Assembly: GCA_964016885.1 (NCBI GenBank)
Contig: CAXHJY010000866.1
Span: forward strand, 1-64,000
Direction of reading: 5' to 3'
DNA: 64,000 nucleotides
From: Eledone cirrhosa
Lineage: Eukaryota
Below, one piece after another: positions 58,512 through 64,000 of this stretch. Position 1 is the first letter of the stretch; each line of letters begins with the position of its first letter. The notes under the pieces were generated by a model. It was not told the origin of the DNA, ran no database searches, and saw only the letters and a program-made list of their open reading frames with translations. The position numbers and the translations under genes were made by a program.

Positions 58512-59338
58512 ATGTAAAAAATGAAACGAAATTTCATTTCTCACTCTTAATACGGCTGTTACTTAAATATATGTCTGTATACGTACATACATATATGTAT
58601 ACAGACGTACAGTAGTATGTATATATATACATATATGCACACATATATATATGTACGTATGGATTTACCGAACATTTATTATAATGCTCGGTTTATTTGT
58701 AAACAAACATCCCGAATTAAGCCGTACAGTGTTTAGCAACCATCGTTAGCCTTTTGTTCAACACTGACAAAGGAATGATGTATTAGTTTCAAGCTTATTA
58801 GCTATCGTCAGCACCGTATATCTTTCTGACAGATGATTGAACGTCTGAAAGTATATACTTTCCCTATGCATATTAACGGCTGAGCAGCCTCATTTGCATA
58901 TTGAGTGAGTTAATCGGCCGGGCGCACCGATTGTGTGCATGTATGTATATATATACTTACTACTCATTTTTTTTCCATTTATCGTTTTCGGTGCGCCCTG
59001 CCGATTAACTCACTCGATATGCAAATTAGGCTGCTCAGCCGTTAATATGCATAAGGAAAGTATATACTTTCAGACGTTCAATCATCTGGCAGGAAGGTAT
59101 ACGGTGCTGACGATAGCTAATAAGATTGAACCTAGTACATCGTTCCTTTGTCAGTATTTAACAAAAGGGCAACGATGGTTACTAAACACTGTACGGCTTA
59201 ATCCTGATGTTTTTTTACAAACAAACCGAGCATTATAATAAATGTTTGGTAAATCCATACGTACATATATATATATATGCGTGCATGTATGTATATATAT
59301 ACATACTACTGTACGTCTGTATACATGTATGTATGTAC

Positions 59339-59345
<7 letters not shown>
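58512..59345. mobile_element. Head-to-head pair of retrozyme-like units
   Basis: Minus-sense unit 58512-58932 (HHR 58776-58816) and plus-sense unit 58965-59345 (HHR 59102-59142, GAAA mutated to GAAC). Confidence 0.85.
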
Positions 59346-59390
<45 letters not shown>

Positions 59391-59391
<1 letters not shown>

Positions 59392-62300
59392 TATAAAGTA
59401 CAGAACAATCTATGTTTAATACATGTTATTGCTGACAATCCTTTTTTCCAAACAGCCGTTTAGAATCATCGGATCATTAGCAAAGTTTTAACGCATAATT
59501 AAATTCCTATTTAAATGGAATTATTAGCAAAAAAATATTAGACAGAATCATCCCTCAAGTTAGGAAAAAAATCTATCTTATGCTATGGGGAAATACTGGT
59601 GGAGTTATTGAATGGTTCAATAATATTAATGTGAATAAAAATAAGAGAGTTATCCAATTTGATATTAATTCGTACTACACCCCTATTTCTCCTATCCTAT
59701 TAAACAAGGCATTAATAATGGCTATGAATAATAGTGACCTTACTAGATCCCAAATTGATGTCATCCTTGCGGCCCGTAAAACCATAATTGTATTTGAGAT
59801 CAATTATGGATCCGCACGGATACACCTGACAATTTTGACATAACTATGGGATCTAGTGTCTCGGCGCAGGTTACTGATTTGTTTGGTCTATATCTCTTAA
59901 ATGAAATTCATAAGAATTTACCCTACCTCAACGGTGGTTTATAAACAATTAGTATAGAAAGAACTAGAAAACAATTGCATAAACTATTTAAAAACTTCAA
60001 CTTAAGTATTACCCTAGATATAAACCCTAAAACGTTAACTTCCTTGATGCTACCCTTTGCCTGGACTCTAAAATATATACACCCTTTCATAAACAAAATG
60101 AAAAACTACTTTATGTAGATACCAACTCTAACCACCCTAAATCTATATTAAATTCGATTACTAAAGGAGTATCTAATAGAATAACCACTCTATCTTATAA
60201 TGCTTTAGCTTGCTCAGGCCATAAAGATAAAATTAAATTTTCACCTAAAAAAATCATCTAGTTATAACCTTATTTCACACAATATGGCCATTAAATAAAA
60301 TTAAAAGTAATAAAAGTACTGACAACTCTAACTCAAGTATTAAGGGTAATAATAAAGTTAACTCGCACCAAAATAAACATCCTAATAATAATAATAAAAA
60401 CACATATAAATAAAAATAAAAACAATACTACAACTAACCTTACAAAAAATAATCACAAAAATAGAACTAATACATTTTTCAATCCCCCTTTCAATTTAAA
60501 AATTTCAACCTATTTCTTCTCAATTTTAGAAAGAAACTTCCCAGTCGGCCTTAGATACCATAATCTTATCAATAAAAATACTATTAAAATCTCTTACTTT
60601 ACCACACCTAACATTGCGAACCATATAGCTAGTAGTAATAAAAGGAAGATTAATAATTATTTCCAAATGATTAAATCTCAATATGGGGAGAACTTGCATA
60701 ACATAGTACCGGAGAATTATAGTAAAAATAAGAATAGTAGTAATAGCACTAATGAAATTAATAGCAATAGGAATAATAATCGTCATTATCCTAATACTCT
60801 TTCTAACAACCATGCATCTATTAACCAGCAAATAAACAACCAAAATAACTGTAATTGTAGAACAAATAGAACTTGTCCCCTGAGAAAAAAACTGCTTAAT
60901 CAAAGACATTATTTACTCCTGTACGGTCAATACAAGTAACACTTCAAAAATATATATTGGTTCTACCTCAAACTGCTTTAAGACGAGATATAACTCGCAT
61001 CTTCACACTTTCAAAAATCACAATCTAGCTAACCCCACTTCTTTATCCACCTACATACACTCTTTGAAAACTAGGAATAGACCATATACACTACAATGGG
61101 AAGTAATAAATAGGGCCACTTCTTATAAACCACCGAATAGATTATGTAACCTCTGTCTTTTAGAGTCTAGCACTATAATCTACTCTAAGCTAGACCTTTT
61201 AAATAGAAAATCAGAATTTTTACACGTGTCAACACTACCACCGACACTCTTTCCACAATTTCAAACCTAGCTGCTATATATATAACAATGTCAGATCTAG
61301 ATTCCTCACCACTCTTTACTTCTATGTTTATCAGCATACGATATCCCCACATCATCACATTTGTGTATCAACTCATCCATTCATGTATCTCCTATTTATC
61401 TCAGATCCTATACTCAATAATAACTATCGAGAATAAACATATATTTACCACCACTTAATATATCTTCCTTACTAATATTTTACTTATTTAATTAATACAT
61501 AAGTAAGTAGCGGACAATTAGGAACTTTAAATATTATATAAAAACAGATTATATATAAAATAAATATAAAAATAAATAGCATTATATAAGGATTCACTTA
61601 TAATATAATATAATGTATGTTAACACATGGAATTTAATTAATGTTATATAAACAACTAACACTAGATTATATATTTTTCTGTTATAAATAAATATTCATA
61701 AATAAATCTTCCATTTAGTGAAGATATCCAATCACTTCTTTGAATTTAAACCGTTAGACATAACCACACCAGATCGAAAAATTAACATCTGACTATATAA
61801 AAGAGATCTGTTCAGAACAACTCTAACCCTTAATCAGATTATAATAAGGGCAATATACAATCCATAATTGTATCTATTTAAATATTATTTTAAAATATTT
61901 CTTAAATATAACCAATGTAATGGAAAGGGAAAACTCAATATTTATACTCACAACACATCTACATTTAAACATTACCAGAACAATTATCACTTTACATCCA
62001 CCATAAACTCACATCTGAAACCGTTTTAAATATATTCATCTTGCTACATATACATATCTTAATACTACATAACATTTTTTTTGTAATTCACAAAAGCTTT
62101 ACTTCTGCTTGAGCTGTTTATCTGATCCACTCTCAACGCATGCATTAACGAAACTTTCTATATGTATATTACACAAGTTGCTTCACAATGTTCACCTTAT
62201 ATTCTACCCATGCATTCCTGACTGCTTAATACCTTCATCCTATTACACCTATATTTTCTGATATCTTTGCCATATTATGCTGTATATGCTTCATACTTTT

Positions 62301-62765
62301 GCTCTCTTTACCATATTATTCTGTATATGCATTCAAATCCCGCCGAGGTTAACTTTGCCTTTCATCCTTACGGGGTCGATAAAATAAAGTACTAGTAATG
62401 TACTGGATAATTGCTGGCCTTGTACCAAAAGTAGAAACAATTATTCTGTATATGCTTAATACCTCTGCTTTCTTACTTTCTATATGCCTATGTAGCACTA
62501 ATGATCTCATTTGCGAGTAACCTTCTTTTATACGCTTTATTATACCAATTGCTTCAGATCATAACCTCTTCACTCTCTTTGAATATGACACTGTTGATAG
62601 CAACAATAACATCAACATATCTTTATGATTGTTCTACTGAATAGGATTTTGATTATGTGTTTAAACTTTGTCAATGCTCCGATCATTCCAAACAGCTGTT
62701 TGGGAGAGACGATTGTCAGCAATAACATGTATTAAACATAGATTTGATTGTTCTGTACTTTATAT
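59391..62765 (+). mobile_element. PLE family C, decayed, 5'-truncated, with inverted 5' pLTR
   Basis: Inverted pLTR 59391-59500 matches 62650-62765. ORF remnants QFDINSYY, MGSSVSAQV, CNC..CPL, YIGST, LCNLCLLE. Degenerate HHRs at 59430-59476 (-) and 62675-62721 (+). Confidence 0.85.
62332..62445 (+). mobile_element. Truncated SINE inserted in the family C UTR
   Basis: ttcaaatcccgccgaggttaac core; apparent TSD attattctgtatatgc on both sides. Confidence 0.8.
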
Positions 62766-62883
62766 TCCTGCTGTGTAATACATCTAATGTATTTACATTG
62801 AGCTATGTTTCATACTGGTAACAAATTAAAAAATACTGACCTTTCCTATTTATAATTATATATAGTTCATATATAAGTATACA

Positions 62884-62919
<36 letters not shown>

Positions 62920-64000
62920 TCTTTGAGTATCAGTCATTGATGTTAGTTAACTGGAAAGTTTGTTGAGATGAATATCAAGCCACTACCTGCAGCCTCAGAT
63001 ATTCAGGACGTATCGGAGGGTTCTTGCTGTTCCCAGCAAGCATGCCTTTTGAAGCGTTCCAAAAAGCGTGAAGGGGCCAATTTTCCATCCCTGGAAACTT
63101 TTTGAGATAGTCCCTAGTGCGCCTATGACTATCGGGATCACTTTGACTTCATGGCAGTTCCAAATCCTTTTTACCTCCCACTTTAAGTCCTGGTATCGGT
63201 TAATTTTCTCCCTCTCCTTCTCTTGCACTCTCGTGTCGAATGGGCAGGCCACATCCACAATCAGGCACGATCTTTTTTCTTTGTCCCAAACCACCAGGTC
63301 AGGTCTATTGTGTTCCAGTTTCTTGTCCGTCTGTATCCTAAAATCCCACAGCACCTTCACCTGATCGTTTTCTATCACCGCCTCTGGCTTATCCTCATAC
63401 CACTTCTCAGAATGTGGTAAATTGTTTACTTTGCATAGGTGCCAGTGGATCACCCTGCCCATCACATCATGTCTCCAGCCTTTATAGTGAGTCTGGGCTA
63501 GGTGTTTACACTCGGATACAATGTGAGCCACAGTATCCTCTCTCTCTCTCCACAGATCCTGCACAGTGGGCTAGCCTCCTCCTTGTAAATGTGGTGTTTC
63601 AACCACTTCGTTTTGAGGGCCTGCTCCTGTGCAGCCATTAACATTCCTTCTGTAGCCTTTTTAAGGTCTCCTCTTTTCAACCAGTTCCATGTATGTGGAT
63701 CTCTAAATTCAGTTTTCTCAAAGAAGGTACTATGAAGGGATTTTCCCTGAAGGCTGCTCTTTCTCCTTGATGTTATTTCCTCCTTGGACATCCCCTGGCC
63801 TATTGTCCCCTCCTTCAGTACAATTCTGAGCATTGGCTCCTTACTATCAGTCACGTATTTGTGTAGGTTGTTTTTCTCCATCTGAACACAGTCCTCTATG
63901 CTGATAAGACCTCTTCCACCCTCAGATCTCCTTAAGTAGAGTCTATCGACATCACTCCTCTTGTGAAACATATTGTAGATAGTCAATAGCTTCCTAGTCT
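62884..64000 (-). mobile_element. R4/Dong-clade RLE non-LTR retrotransposon 3' part (frameshifted), ending in (TAA)n
   Basis: RLYLRRSEGGRGL, AAQEQAL, zinc knuckle CRICG..TVAHIVSEC, RHD, WDFRIQTD..RPDLVV..IVDVACP. Short UTR, then (TAA)n at 62884-62918. Confidence 0.88.

Overview
AT-rich, repeat-saturated animal genomic DNA. A cephalopod/octopus origin is my inference from the MetaSINE-type tRNA SINE and the kilobase (TA)n tracts. No host gene is clearly supported; there is only one candidate 48-nt exon. The window is a nest of Penelope-like retroelements (PLEs: reverse transcriptase (RT) plus C-terminal GIY-YIG endonuclease, pseudo-LTRs (pLTRs), inverted 5' pLTRs) from at least six families, mostly inserted into (TA)n. 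It also holds an R4/Dong-type RLE retrotransposon, RTE, CRE and L1/Tx1 remnants, many SINE copies, hAT MITEs and Helitron-like ends. Most ORF-track entries are microsatellite artefacts. The main signal is RNA-level: about 20 complete, partial or degenerate hammerhead ribozyme (HHR) motifs, read by eye, in several architectures. (i) A non-coding ~472-bp tandem array carries one minimal HHR per unit; it is retrozyme-like, predicts 471/473-nt monomers or circRNAs, and has a covarying hairpin and an octamer/TATA module. Its relatives sit next to the 5' ends of three different PLE families. (ii) One HHR has a U3-A8 core variant with a palindromic loop III. (iii) One HHR has an ~85-nt stem II insertion. 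No folding or database search was run. Family letters A-F are my own labels.
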